From the NCBI RefSeq assembly GCF_963506605.1, contig NC_083278.1:68882001-68946000 (forward strand): a DNA stretch of 64,000 nucleotides, given 5' to 3'. Shown one piece after another: positions 13,501 to 24,510 of this stretch. The notes under the pieces were generated by a model. It saw nothing but the letters and a program-made list of their open reading frames with translations. It did not search any database and was not told the origin of the DNA. This stretch comes from Zootoca vivipara. Its lineage: Eukaryota. The position numbers were made by a program, and so were the translations under genes. Position 1 is the first letter of the stretch. Every line of letters begins with the position of its first letter.

Positions 13501-14591
13501 GATTGGAATATGTTTTTTCCTTAAAACCCAAAAGTCTGTTTGGGTTGACAACTTTTCATTGAGACTTTACATGTGCTGTCCTTTTTGAAATTGGTTTACA
13601 CTTCAGTGATACAAAGTGGAATATGATTGTAATTTTGAAAATTCAATTGAAACACATGGCTTTGAACCCTTCATTAAGTCCAATTTGTATGTTGGATGTA
13701 CTGCTAGAGTAAGAAATACAATAGTTCTGTGTGTTGTGGTAAGAGAGGCTATTGGTGATGAATTTAATTCACTACATTAGTTGCATTGAAGCAGGAAGCT
13801 GATCATTCAAAACTCCTTGCTTTGATGAAGTTATGAAAAGAAACACTGACACAGGCAAGCAAATAAAAGGTGCAATCAAACATACAAAATTGCTTTTATT
13901 TATAGAATGGTTATAGGACATTGCCATTAATATAAAATGCATAAAGTATTCCTTATTTTGGGGGGTGGCAGTTTAGAGGGTATAGTCAGATTTGTAAACA
14001 TCATACTGAATACTTTGAATCTCAGCTTCCCTTCCCCAGATAATCAGATTCTGAGGGTGAAACATGCAAACTTCTGTTTCAGTTTACTTGCCTGTGGTTC
14101 TAGATCGTCCATTAATTTTAATGTTCTATATGTGCAAGTGGTAACAAAATGCTAAATTTGCAGTATATGAAGGCCTTCAAATTTTCCTGAGTAATTTCTA
14201 TGTTTGCTGCTTCCAATGGATACATTAATTTTGTTTGTCCTGTTGAAATATCAAATATAGTTCTACTTTGTAGAATAGGTGTAAAATATATGATGTCATT
14301 ACAGCTGCTACTAGCTTGTGTTAGAAGGCTTAAAGGCCTTAAAACTTGAAATGTTAGAAATTGGTGGAATTGCACCTCCCAGTTTGATGTCACAGTGTTT
14401 GGTTGTTGAGTGGAAAAGAGTCATTTTTTCAAGAGCTTTCATAGGTTAAGCCTATTGTCGCTCTGATGCGTGAGGTGGAAGTGGTTGGAGTATAACAGTT
14501 AAGGATCAGCTGAAGAAACTGTGTTGGTAGCAATAACAATAAGCCTCTTCTTTCAGGTACTGCAAGCTTTTGACTGGGATTGAAAGAACTA

Positions 14592-14792
14592 CAGTAGACC
14601 CTCCGGATATGAACTTAATTCGTTCCGGGGGTCCGTATGTACCCCAAAAAGTCCGCACCTAGAAGCGCCACTTCTGCGCATGTGTGGGTGGGTGGGTGGG
14701 GGCAAAACCCGAAAGTATACACTTCCGGGTTTGCCGTGTTCACAACCCGACAGTTATGTTACCCGAAGGTAACATAACCTGAGGGTCCACTG
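14592..14792. mobile_element. Tc1/mariner (Tigger/pogo-like) MITE
   Basis: TA|CAGTAGACCCTC...GAGGGTCCACTG|TA: TIRs with TA TSD. Confidence 0.8.
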
Positions 14793-15420
14793 TACTAAAC
14801 TGTAAGGCGACATAGGCTTTTTTTTTTTTTTTGAATGACAGTCTACCATGCAGCACATAGCAGACTACTTTTAAAAAGTTGAGTGTATAGTATTGGTAAT
14901 GAAGCAAATAGTCCAGCCATTTAGTTCTTAGTTGTGTTGTTTTCAATGCATAAATGGGAAATAAAAAATACCAGACAATGCAGGATTAGATGCAAGTGGT
15001 ATGGAAATATGTAACAGTTACTTGTATTAATGTATAATTGTTACAGCAGACACATAATTGTGGACTTCAAGTTTAGCACTGCAAGTAGAATCTGAAAGAT
15101 ACAGTACAGCCGATTCTTTGAAACGTCTGGAGTTGAGAAAGTTAATCTGAATGTCTGTGCAATGATGCATTTACTTATAGGTCAACTGCTGCAAGTAGAA
15201 TCTTACCTCAGTACTTCAGCATTCAGAGTCAGGGGCACTGTTTCAGGGTCCAGGGAGAGGGCAAAAAGATTGTGCATGCTGACTTTGATTAAGAGTGCAC
15301 TTCTATGTTTGACATTAAGGTGCTCATCTGCTTGTAAGGATTGCTTCCACACTAACCCTTTTCCCTTTAATTTCCATACCTAGTTCAGTCCAGACAGTGT
15401 TTTCAAATAACTGCAGTCCA

Positions 15421-15422
<2 letters not shown>

Positions 15423-15463
<41 letters not shown>
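15423..15463. repeat. (GT)n microsatellite
   Basis: Direct reading. Confidence 0.95.
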
Positions 15464-15467
<4 letters not shown>

Positions 15468-15530
15468 CAGCCTATTTTGTGGCAATTGGTAAAAAAATGC
15501 TGAGGCATTGTCAGCCTGTTCAGTGTTAAT

Positions 15531-15634
15531 AGAGTTTGACCAGACTGCGAGAGGCAGTGGAAGACAGGAGTGCCTGGCGTGCTATGGTCCATGGGGTCAG
15601 GAAGAGTCGGACACGACTAAACAACAACAGCAAC
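15531..15634 (+). mobile_element. BovB (RTE) LINE 3' fragment
   Basis: GGCAGTGGAAGACAGGAGTGCCTGGCGTGCT..GTCCATGGGGTC..GAGTCGGACACGACTAAACAACAAC tail. Confidence 0.85.
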
Positions 15635-15771
15635 TACTATTGATTTGCTCTCTGGATTTTAGGCACTTCTTTCTGTGATGTTGCCTACTTTTCTGTCATG
15701 GTGATAATGATATTCACTATAGATAATAGTTATTGTGCCACTGTATCTATTCACTATAGATCAGGGGTCAG

Positions 15772-16097
15772 CTGAGCCTAGGGCTTGCTGATCAGAAGGT
15801 CAGTGGTTTGAATCCCCACGACGGGGTGAGCTCCTGTTGCTTGGTTCCAGCTCCTCCCAACCTAGCAGTTCGAAAGCACCTCAAAGTGCAAGTAGATAAA
15901 TAGGTAGCGCTCCAGCGGAAAGGTAAACGGCGTTTCCGTGTGCTGCTCTGGTTCACCTGAAGCGGCTTTGTCATGCTGGCCACATGACCTGCAAGCTGTA
16001 TGCCGGCTCCCTCGGCCAATAATGCGAGATGAGCGCGCAACTCCAGAGTCAGTCACGACTGGATCTAATGGTCAGGGGTCCCTTTACCTTTACCTTT
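15772..16097 (+). mobile_element. Sauria SINE, 5'-truncated
   Basis: Matches 51553-51906 along its length; (ACCTTT)n tail. Confidence 0.85.
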
Positions 16098-18120
16098 TTT
16101 ATTCTGATGAATACAACAATTGGTTATTGTGTATCACTGTCCCATTGTTGGTAAAATATTTCTATGCAAGTGTTATGTTCACTACCTAGATGCTTTGTTT
16201 ATTCTATAAAAGCCACTGAATTCAGCGAAACATTTAGGCAAAATATGCACACAGGATGCTGCTAACTTAATAAATGAGGATTATTGCCTAGTTCTCCCTG
16301 GATGCTAAAGGCTATACTATAGTTGTGTATGACATCCAAGTTTGGAGTAATCCTTTTGGTGTATTTCAGTTTGATTATACAAGTCTTGGTAAGGAGCTAA
16401 AATTGGGGCTTGCCACTGAAACATCCTCTCATCCAGGGGACATGTTGCATATTACTTTTGGCATCACACTCAGCTTTGGAAGTACTCTGACTGTGTCAAA
16501 AGCCCAGGCAAGTTTAGTGTGACCCTCTTGCCCTGCCCTTGCAGGTTTCAAGTTTGGTTTCAGGGATATGGAGACGTGTGTTACTTCAGTTATGCTGACC
16601 CAACACAAAGGGTTGAGTAATAAGGGGACTGTTGTGAGAACTTGTAACTGAGGGCTTTACAGGAGTCACTGAAAACTGCAGCAGTTTGTTCTGTTCTGGT
16701 ACCTGTTGCTTTCAACGTGACGGGCAGATGCAGCTGACCTTGCTGGTTCCAGTATTGGGTGAGAGTTCCCTAGTGTATCATTTTATTAAGCTGTGTGAAA
16801 TAGATGTTTGGTGCAACTTTTCCAAAATACACCAAAAGCCTATATCCAAAATATGCAATAAGTTTTGATAGATTCTTTGGGGTGTCAGTGTTAAATAAAC
16901 AAACCATTTAGTGCAGTCAGGCTTTCTTTAAGCTAGGCTGTTGAATGTAAGATTCAGGGGCTTACGCAGTCCTCTTCTTTAGGTCTCCACAGTTTCACTC
17001 CATTACTAAATCATTCCTTAGAGCATGGCCATTTTTAGAGCCTAAAAGGCTGACCTACCAGTAACTGTTACATGTCACAACATAAGCATCTCTTCCATTC
17101 CACTTAATAGCTCTGTAGCTATAGGGGGTTCCAGAACTGACAGTTTGTTAAAGAAAATATGTGGATGAGTAACTATGGTTCAGTGGAAAAGCATAATTAC
17201 AAAAAGGATGGTAAGGCATTTGTTTGTGAGAGGATTTTGGAGGGCAAGCAAGGGGCATGTATGAAGGGACCTTAAATGGATAATTTGAAACTTTAGGGTA
17301 CCTAGATATGTAGTTGGTAATGAGAAGCAGAGATGTTAGGAAGTTGTTGCTTTTTCCAGGTTAAGCTCTAGGGAGGCCCCACATAAGAGTGAGTGAAGAG
17401 TGAGTGAAACAATTACCCAGAAGCTGAAAGTGTCTTTTCTTTAGGGCTCTTACTTTGCACTAGCAGTTTAAATGATAACCTATGCTAAACACTCCTTTAT
17501 AATATAGTTTGCATTACTAATTAAAGCTAAAGGTTTCATTTCAGCTTGTTGAAGAGTTTGTTAAGCAATTGCCCAGTGTGTTCTATAAGTTGAACATATG
17601 CTTGTTTACTCAGAAGCAAGTGCTATTGGGTTCAGTCAAGCTTACTGTCAAGTAAATATGTAATAGAATTGCAGTCTTAGAATCAAAGTTGGAACAGAAG
17701 CAGATTTTTAACTAATAGAAATATAACAGATTTGTCTATTCCCCTTTTAAGCAGATAACTTTACTCATATCCCACCCCAACTTTTGGGGCCTAGGGAAGT
17801 GTTAACAGAGTCTTTGAATGTTGCCAAAATTTGAATTTTATTACTAATTCACTTTTTAATATACATTGCCTTTGATCTTTGAAGGGCTTTAAAATATTGT
17901 GAACTTAGGCATTAAAGCAAAGTTGTATCTTCTTGTGTTAGCACAGTTTGTTAGGGAGGCTATTGAAGGAGGTAGCAAATCACGTTGTTCTCTCATCGCT
18001 GTAGGATTTTTCATTTCTATACCTCTTTATATTTTTAAGAAAAAATCTCAAAGCAGTTTAAAATGCATTGAAACATCAAATAAAACAATCCAGAATAAAA
18101 CTTTACTGAATAAAGTATAC

Positions 18121-19344
18121 AGTGGCTTTTGACACCATCGACCATAACATCCTTCTGGACCGTCTAGAGGGCTTGGGAGCTGGGGGCACTGTCATGCAGT
18201 GGTTCCGCTCCTTCCTCCTGGGCCGTGTTCAGAAAGTGGTGGGGGGGGATGAGTGTTCAGACCCCTGGGCTCTCACTTGTGGGGTGCCTCAGGGTTCTGT
18301 CCTCTCCCCCATGCTTTTTAACATCTATATGCAGCCGCTGGGAGAGATCATCAGGGGGTTTGGGCTGGGTGTCCATCAGTATGTTGATGATACCCAGCTC
18401 TAACTCTCTTTTAAATCAGAACCAGTGAAGGCGGTGAAGGTCCTGTGTGAGTGCTTGGAGGCGGTTGGAGGATGGATGGCGGCTAACAGATTGAGATTGA
18501 ATCCTGACAAGACAGAAGTACTGTTTGTGGGGGACAGGAGGCAGGCGGGTGTGGAGGACTCCCTGGTCCTGAATGGGGTAACTGTGCCCCTGAAAGACCA
18601 GGTGCGCAGCCTGGGAGTCATTTTAGACTCACAGCTGTCCATGGAGGCACAGGTCAACTCTGTGTCCAAGGCAGCTGTTTATCAGCTCCATCTGGTACGC
18701 AGGCTGAGTCCCTACCTGCCCACTGACTGTCTCTCCAGAGTGGTGCATGCTCTAGTTATCTCTCGCTTGGACTACTGCAATGCGCTCTACGTGGGGCTAC
18801 CTTTGAAGGTGACCCGGAAACTACAACTAATCCAGAATGCGGCAGATAGACTGGTGACTGGGAGCGGCCGCCGAGACCACATAACACCGGTCCTGAAAGA
18901 CCTACATTGGCTCCCAGTACGTTTCCGAGCAGAATTCAAAGTGTTGGTGTTGACCTTTAAAGCCCTAAACGGCCTCGGTCCGGTATACCTGAAGGAGCGT
19001 CTCCACCCCCATCGTTCTGCCCGGACACTGAGGTCCAGCTCCGAGGGCCTTCTGGCGGTTCCCTCACTACGAGAAGCCAAGTTACAGGGAACCAGGCAGA
19101 GGGCCTTCTCGGTAGTGGCACCCACCCTGTGGAATGCCCTCCCACTAGAGGTCAAAGAGAACAAAAATTACCAGACCTTTAGAAGGCATCTCAAGGCAGC
19201 CCTGTTTAGGGAAGCTTTTAATGTTTGATGGATTTCTGTATTTTAATGTTTGATGGATTTCTGTATTTTAGAAATTCTGTTTTGTTGGAAGCTGCCCAGA
19301 GTGGCTGGGGGAACCCGGCCAGATGGGCGGGGTATAAATAATAA

Positions 19345-19402
<58 letters not shown>
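18121..19402 (+). mobile_element. L2-clade LINE, 5'-truncated (RT C-terminal half, 3'UTR, (TTA)n tail)
   Basis: ORFs 18122-18403 and 18425-19228 are one frame broken by a single TAA; motifs AFDTIDH, GVPQGSVLSP, YVDDTQL (YADD), LNPDKTE, LHWLPV; 25-bp tandem duplication at 19216-19270. Confidence 0.9.
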
Positions 19403-19403
<1 letters not shown>

Positions 19404-19735
19404 ATTCAAAGCAACATAATTAACAGGAAACTAACTTATTCCTTGAAGATTCCGAAACAAAACATTATAAAGGAGGTCAACTACGCAAAGCTTTTCAGAA
19501 AGTTTTGCAGTCTATGTTATCTAATTTATTTAACAATGCAAGTATCATCAGGTTGTATATATGGTTAGTATCCAGGGCTTTGTTAGTGCATCATCCAACC
19601 ACATAATGATATCATGTACTCTTTGGCCAACAGAAAGCCAGCTCTGCTACTTTGGTTATTCAACTTCAGATACTTTTAATATCTGCAACTCAAAATTCTG
19701 AAGATCTGCTTCCCACCCCTCCAAGTATATTAGTA

Positions 19736-19927
19736 CAGTTATACCTCGTGTTGCATCTGCTTCATGTTGCATCTTTTTGCGTTATGTCCCGTGGCAACCC
19801 AGAAGTACCGGAACAGAAGTGCCAAATCGCGCCTGCGCAGACACAGCGCTTCGAGTTACGGGCATTTCAGGGTATGGACGGGCCTCAGGAACGGATCCCC
19901 TCCGTAACTTTAGGTACCATGCCACTG
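19736..19927. mobile_element. Tigger/pogo-like MITE
   Basis: TA|CAGTTATACCTC...GGTACCATGCCACTG|TA; related to 53734 and, inverted, to 54516. Confidence 0.7.
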
Positions 19928-20177
19928 TAAATGAAACCAACTCAATGCCCTTCCTCTTTCTAAAACCAGCAGTTATTTCTGAAGTCACTGTCCCCAGTAT
20001 AATTTACAGGACTGTAAACTAAATCTTTCCTTGTGAAAAAAAATAGTTAACATGTGTTTACATCTTTTAAATTCTCAAAGAACATTCCTTGTTATAGTAT
20101 GAAGGAGGAGGGTGTTTCTTCTTAGTGATTTAATACACAGAAACTACCACTATTTGAGTGAAAATATTACAGCTTTC

Positions 20178-21116
20178 CAGGGTGGATAAAAACCAATGAT
20201 TTTTTTTAAAAAAAAATATCAAAAAAATCTGATTTTTTTTTGATTTAAATCTGATTTTTTTGATTTAAATCTGATTTTTTTTAAATAAAATGCTTTTTGA
20301 GGAAAATATATTACCATCCAAAGGTTATTCCATCATGAAATAAAGATTAGTTTTTTAATTATGTAGAATAAGGTTATATATGTTTAATTTTTGGGCTAAA
20401 TAAATGCCATTAATCCATTCACAATGTCATGCTCTTCCAGAGGTTTTTGTAATATTATTGGGCAGTTTCTCTGCCTACAAGATATTATCACAGGTGCTTG
20501 GTTTACTTTTGCAGTTCTCAAAACTGAATTTGACTCAACAGAGATCACATGCCTCCTCTTCACAGCAAAAATGTTATAACATGAACAGAGTTGAGAAAAA
20601 GACCTTAATCCTATTGTTCTACAAACCTATGAATACAGAAACAACCCCTTCAGTGCTAAGTTTCAAGAAGTTCAGTGAATAGAATAGAAACAATATTTTT
20701 CTGATTGTTTGGAGTATTTAAGTTTTTCATGTGTAGGCTGGGCTGACAGTCTAAGTTTCTTAATATATATATATATATTTGTTTTTGTTTAGCCAAATTA
20801 GTTAACAAACATGGATGTTTGTTTAAGCAAGTAACATATGCTGTAATGTTATTGTTTCAGTTGAATAAATCTATTTAAATTGTTATTGTTAAGGTAATGA
20901 TTATTTTTCTCCTTCCTAAGTACAACAGTAAAGTTGTCCAAATATGAATGATTAACCTATTAAACTGGGGATAAAAACTATTATGAAAAGTTGTTATTCT
21001 AAAAATCTTCATCTACTTGCATATTAAAGTTATACCAGCAAGAATTAGTCTTTATGTAGAAAACTATGATTTAAATCAAGCCTTACTGACTAGTGATTTA
21101 AATCAAATCCACCCTG
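20178..21116 (+). mobile_element. Non-autonomous hAT DNA transposon (939 bp)
   Basis: TIR CAGGGTGGAT/ATCCACCCTG; perfect 8-bp TSD CAGCTTTC (20170-20177, 21117-21124); subterminal GATTTAAATC repeats; inverted twin at 58243-59219. Confidence 0.9.
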
Positions 21117-21218
21117 CAGCTTTCCAAAAATTATAAAAGTTTAAAATAAGTCTCATTTAAAATACTAAGTACTAGAATTACAATGGTTTCAAAATGAGTT
21201 CATCAGTATTATAAATAC

Positions 21219-21608
21219 AGTGTTGGTGTTGACCTTTAAAGCCCTAAATGGCCTCGGTCCAGTATACCTGACGGAGCGTCTCCTCCCCCAGCGTTCTGCC
21301 CGGACACTGAGATCCAGCGCCGAGGGCCTTCTGGCGGTTCCCTCGCTACGAGAAGCCAAGTTACAGGGAACCAGGCAGAGGGCCTTCTCGGTAGTGGCAC
21401 CCACCCTGTGGAATGCCCTCCCACCAGAGATCAAAGAGAATAACAATTACCAGACCTTTAGAAGGCATCTTAAGGCAGCCCTGTTTAGGGAAGCTTTTAA
21501 TGTTTGATGGATTTCTGTATTTTAATGTTTTGTTGGAAGCCGCCCAGAGTGGCTGGGGGAACCCGGCCAGATGGGCGGGGTATAAATAATAAATTATTAT
21601 TATTATTA
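21219..21608 (+). mobile_element. L2 LINE 3' fragment, same subfamily as 18121
   Basis: ORF 21220-21507 is almost identical to the C-terminus of 18425-19228; (TTA)n tail. Confidence 0.9.
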
Positions 21609-21815
21609 CAGTGGAACCTTGGTTTACGCCTACCTCCGTTTACGAAAACCTCCGTTTACGAACTCCGCGGACCCGGAAGTGTTTATATCCGGGTTCCACG
21701 GCGTCGGATGCACAGAAGCGATCTGCGCAGTGCGTGCGCAGAAGCGCTCTATCTGTGCCTTGGCGAGCGAACGCCTCAGCGGAACGGATTGCGTTCGCAA
21801 ACCGAGGTACCACTG
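21609..21815. mobile_element. Tigger/pogo-like MITE at a TA at the end of the L2 tail
   Basis: TA|CAGTGGAACCTTGGTTT...AAACCGAGGTACCACTG|TA. Confidence 0.85.
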
Positions 21816-21886
21816 TAACTGAATGACACAATTGGATACAACCCAGTGTGTTTAACCTTGTGATAGTAAGGCTTCCATCAGGAGAA

Positions 21887-22035
21887 GTGTATCTGAAGAA
21901 GTGTACTGTATCTGAAGAAGTGTGCATGCACACGAAAGCTCTTACCAAAATATAAACTTAGTTGGTCTTTAAGGTGCTACTGAAGGAATTTTTTTATTTT
22001 GCTTCGACTCAGACCAACACGGCTACCTACCTGTA
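21887..22035 (+). mobile_element. Penelope-like element terminal (pseudo-LTR) fragment with minimal hammerhead motif
   Basis: CTGAAGAAGTGTGCATGCACACGAAAGCT...AACTTAGTTGGTCTTTAAGGTGCTAC, as recalled for reptile Penelope ends; 10-bp TSD ATCAGGAGAA (21877-21886, 22036-22045). Confidence 0.7.
21908..21945 (+). ncRNA. Minimal type-I hammerhead ribozyme motif (Penelope-type)
   Basis: GUAU-CUGAAGA-A-GUGUG(CAUG)CACAC-GAAA-GC-UC-UUAC: core boxes in the correct order; U-U mismatch at the first helix I pair. Confidence 0.55.
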
Positions 22036-22609
22036 ATCAGGAGAATGGATAGAGAAGCCAGTTTTGGTGCTTCCCCTCACCCTTCTAGCTTTCTGTGCGC
22101 CTTAAATCTATTAAGGTGAGTCTTCTAATCTCCAGAGTAGATATATGGGGTATAAGAAGCTGCTTGGAGATGGTATTGCGAAAACCTGCTTCTCTCCCCA
22201 TTCTGCTGACTGACCCTGTTGGATCCATTGGCATAAGCTTCTGCAAATAAGCTTCAATTTCATTTGGTTCTTAGAAGAAAAGGGACGATTGTATCATCCC
22301 CAATGGTAAGCTGGTCTTCCATCTTTGTTACCAAGCCAGAAGGAAGAATGAGGAAGCTATTCTATACTTGCAGCTTTCATGACAATGTGCCTTTAAAGAG
22401 CAGAGTTGCTGTTGCTTGTTGGTGGTCCTTTGCTGATATAAATTACCTGTGTTTAGAATGCTGACAAACCTACTAATAAAAGCTTTGGAGCACTAGTAAT
22501 AATTGGTATTTTAGAAAGCATAAGAACACTTCAAATATTAAAGTTCACAAAAAGTAATTCAAATCTAGGTAAGCTTATGGGAGAAAATTAAAAGGATGCT
22601 GTATGATTT

Positions 22610-22641
<32 letters not shown>

Positions 22642-22876
22642 CCGTGTTTCTCATATTATAAGACACGTCTTATATTTATTTTTTCCTCAAAAAAACACAC
22701 TATGGCTTATTTTCAAGGGATGTCTTATTTTTTTCCTCCTCCTCCTGCCGCGGCCGGCATTGCTGCTGCGCCTATCACTATGTCTTATTTTCGGGGTATG
22801 GCTTATATTCCTTGAATGCTTAAAAATCCTGCTATGGCTTATTTTATAGGTATGTCTTAAAATATGAGAAACAGGG
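22642..22876. mobile_element. Tc1/mariner (Tc2/pogo-like) MITE inside a (TA)n microsatellite
   Basis: TIR CCGTGTTTCTCATATT/AATATGAGAAACAGGG; flanked by (TA)n; internal TGTCTTATTTT/GGCTTATTTT repeats. Confidence 0.8.
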
Positions 22877-23009
22877 TATATATATCCATATAGCTTGTTT
22901 TGAGCAAAAGAATTTACCCAAAGGCAGGATATAGTTAAAACAGAAAATATTGAGGAAGGAATCTGTCATTATATATCTCCATTGTGTTCGTGTATTCTTT
23001 GTGGACTTC

Positions 23010-23098
23010 ACATAGGCATCTGGTTGGCTATTGTGGAAAACCGGATGACGGACTTGATAGGGCCTTGGCCTGATCCAGCAGGGCTATTCTTATGTTCA
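23010..23098 (+). mobile_element. CR1 LINE 3' end fragment
   Basis: GGCATCTGGTTGGC...GGCCTGATCCAGCAGGGCTATTCTTATGTTC, a CR1-type terminus. Confidence 0.6.
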
Positions 23099-23892
23099 TC
23101 CTGTCTTATGATGGTCTATAGATTGAGTGCTTCCAGTTGCTGCTGTGTATATCTCTTTTCTGTCCCTAGCTCTCTTGTTAAATATTACAGAGCTTAAAAG
23201 AAATCTGAATGGGAAGGGTATGGAAAGAGTGGGGTATTTTCAGAGGCCAGGAGGGAGACAGAAGTAAAGGATGGAAGGATGCATTAAGGGGGAAGGGAGG
23301 GGAATGCAGTTAGCTTTCAGATTTATCTGGAAGGCTGGCCTGGTGTGAAATCTCTCGGTGAAGAATAATAGCAATATTAATTGTGTAGCTGGGTTGTGCT
23401 AAAACTTGAAATAAACGTGTTTGAGTTCCATGTTTAGTTTGTTTTATTTGACAGTATGAGCTGGTTGTAAAACACTCATTTTACTAGACAAACAAGGTTG
23501 CTTTAATGGTTTTACAGTAGGGCTATTTAGACTTATAAAACTTATTTGCAGTAGATAGTGAGCAATCATAATACTGAACATCCGCTATCAGATAGACTTG
23601 ATACAAAAGGAAAACATGGCGTAAGAAAAAGAAGTACATTGATATCCCACTTTTAGATAATAACCAAGTAGAATGTCTAGTGCAAAAGGCTACTGAGGGG
23701 AGGGGGAGGAACTAAATGGCACTTGGTCCCAGCTATGGAGGTGCCTTTATAGTCTTGCCTGGCTTTTTAATGCAGCTAAAGTGGAATTGTCCCAAATAAA
23801 GAAATTTCTGTGAAAAGAGGGACAGAGCATATTTTATGTAATTTTCCACATGTGTTGTGGTATTTAGTGACATTTATACGCAATAGTAAAGC

Positions 23893-24510
23893 AAATAGAA
23901 GGGGAAGAAATGGAGGCAGTGAGATATTTTACTTTCTTGGGTTCCATGATCACTGCAGATGGTGACAGCAGTCACGAAATTAAAAGTCTCCTGCTTCTTG
24001 GGAGAAAAGCAATGACAAACCTAGACAGCATCTTAAAAAGCAGAGACATCACCTTGCCGACAAAGGCTCGTATAGTAAAAACTATGGTTTTCCCAGTAGT
24101 GATGTATGGAAGTGAGAGGTGGACCATAAAGAAAGCTGATCGCCGAAGAATTGATGCTTTTGAATTATAGTGCTGGAGGAGACTCTTGAGAGTCCCATGG
24201 ACTGCAAGAAGATCAAACCTATCCATTCTGAAGGAAATCAGCCCTGAGTGCTCACTGGAAGGGCAGATCCTGAAGCTGAGGCTCCAATACTTTGGGCACC
24301 TCATGAGAAGAGAAGACTCCCTGGAAAGATCCTGATGTTGGGAAAGATTGAGGGCACGACAGAGGACGAGATGGTTGGACAGTGTTCTCGAAGCTACCAA
24401 CATGAGTCTGACCAAACAGCGGGAGGCAGTGGAAGACAGGAATGCCTGGCGTGCTCTGGTCCATGGGGTCACAAAGAGTCGGACACGACTAAACAACTAA
24501 ACAGCAACAT
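23893..24510 (+). mobile_element. BovB LINE, 5'-truncated
   Basis: ORF FTFLGSMITADGDSSHEIK..LLLGRKAMTNLDSILKSRDITLPTK; (CAA)n-type tail; 11-bp TSD AATAGTAAAGC (23882-23892, 24511-24521). Confidence 0.92.
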
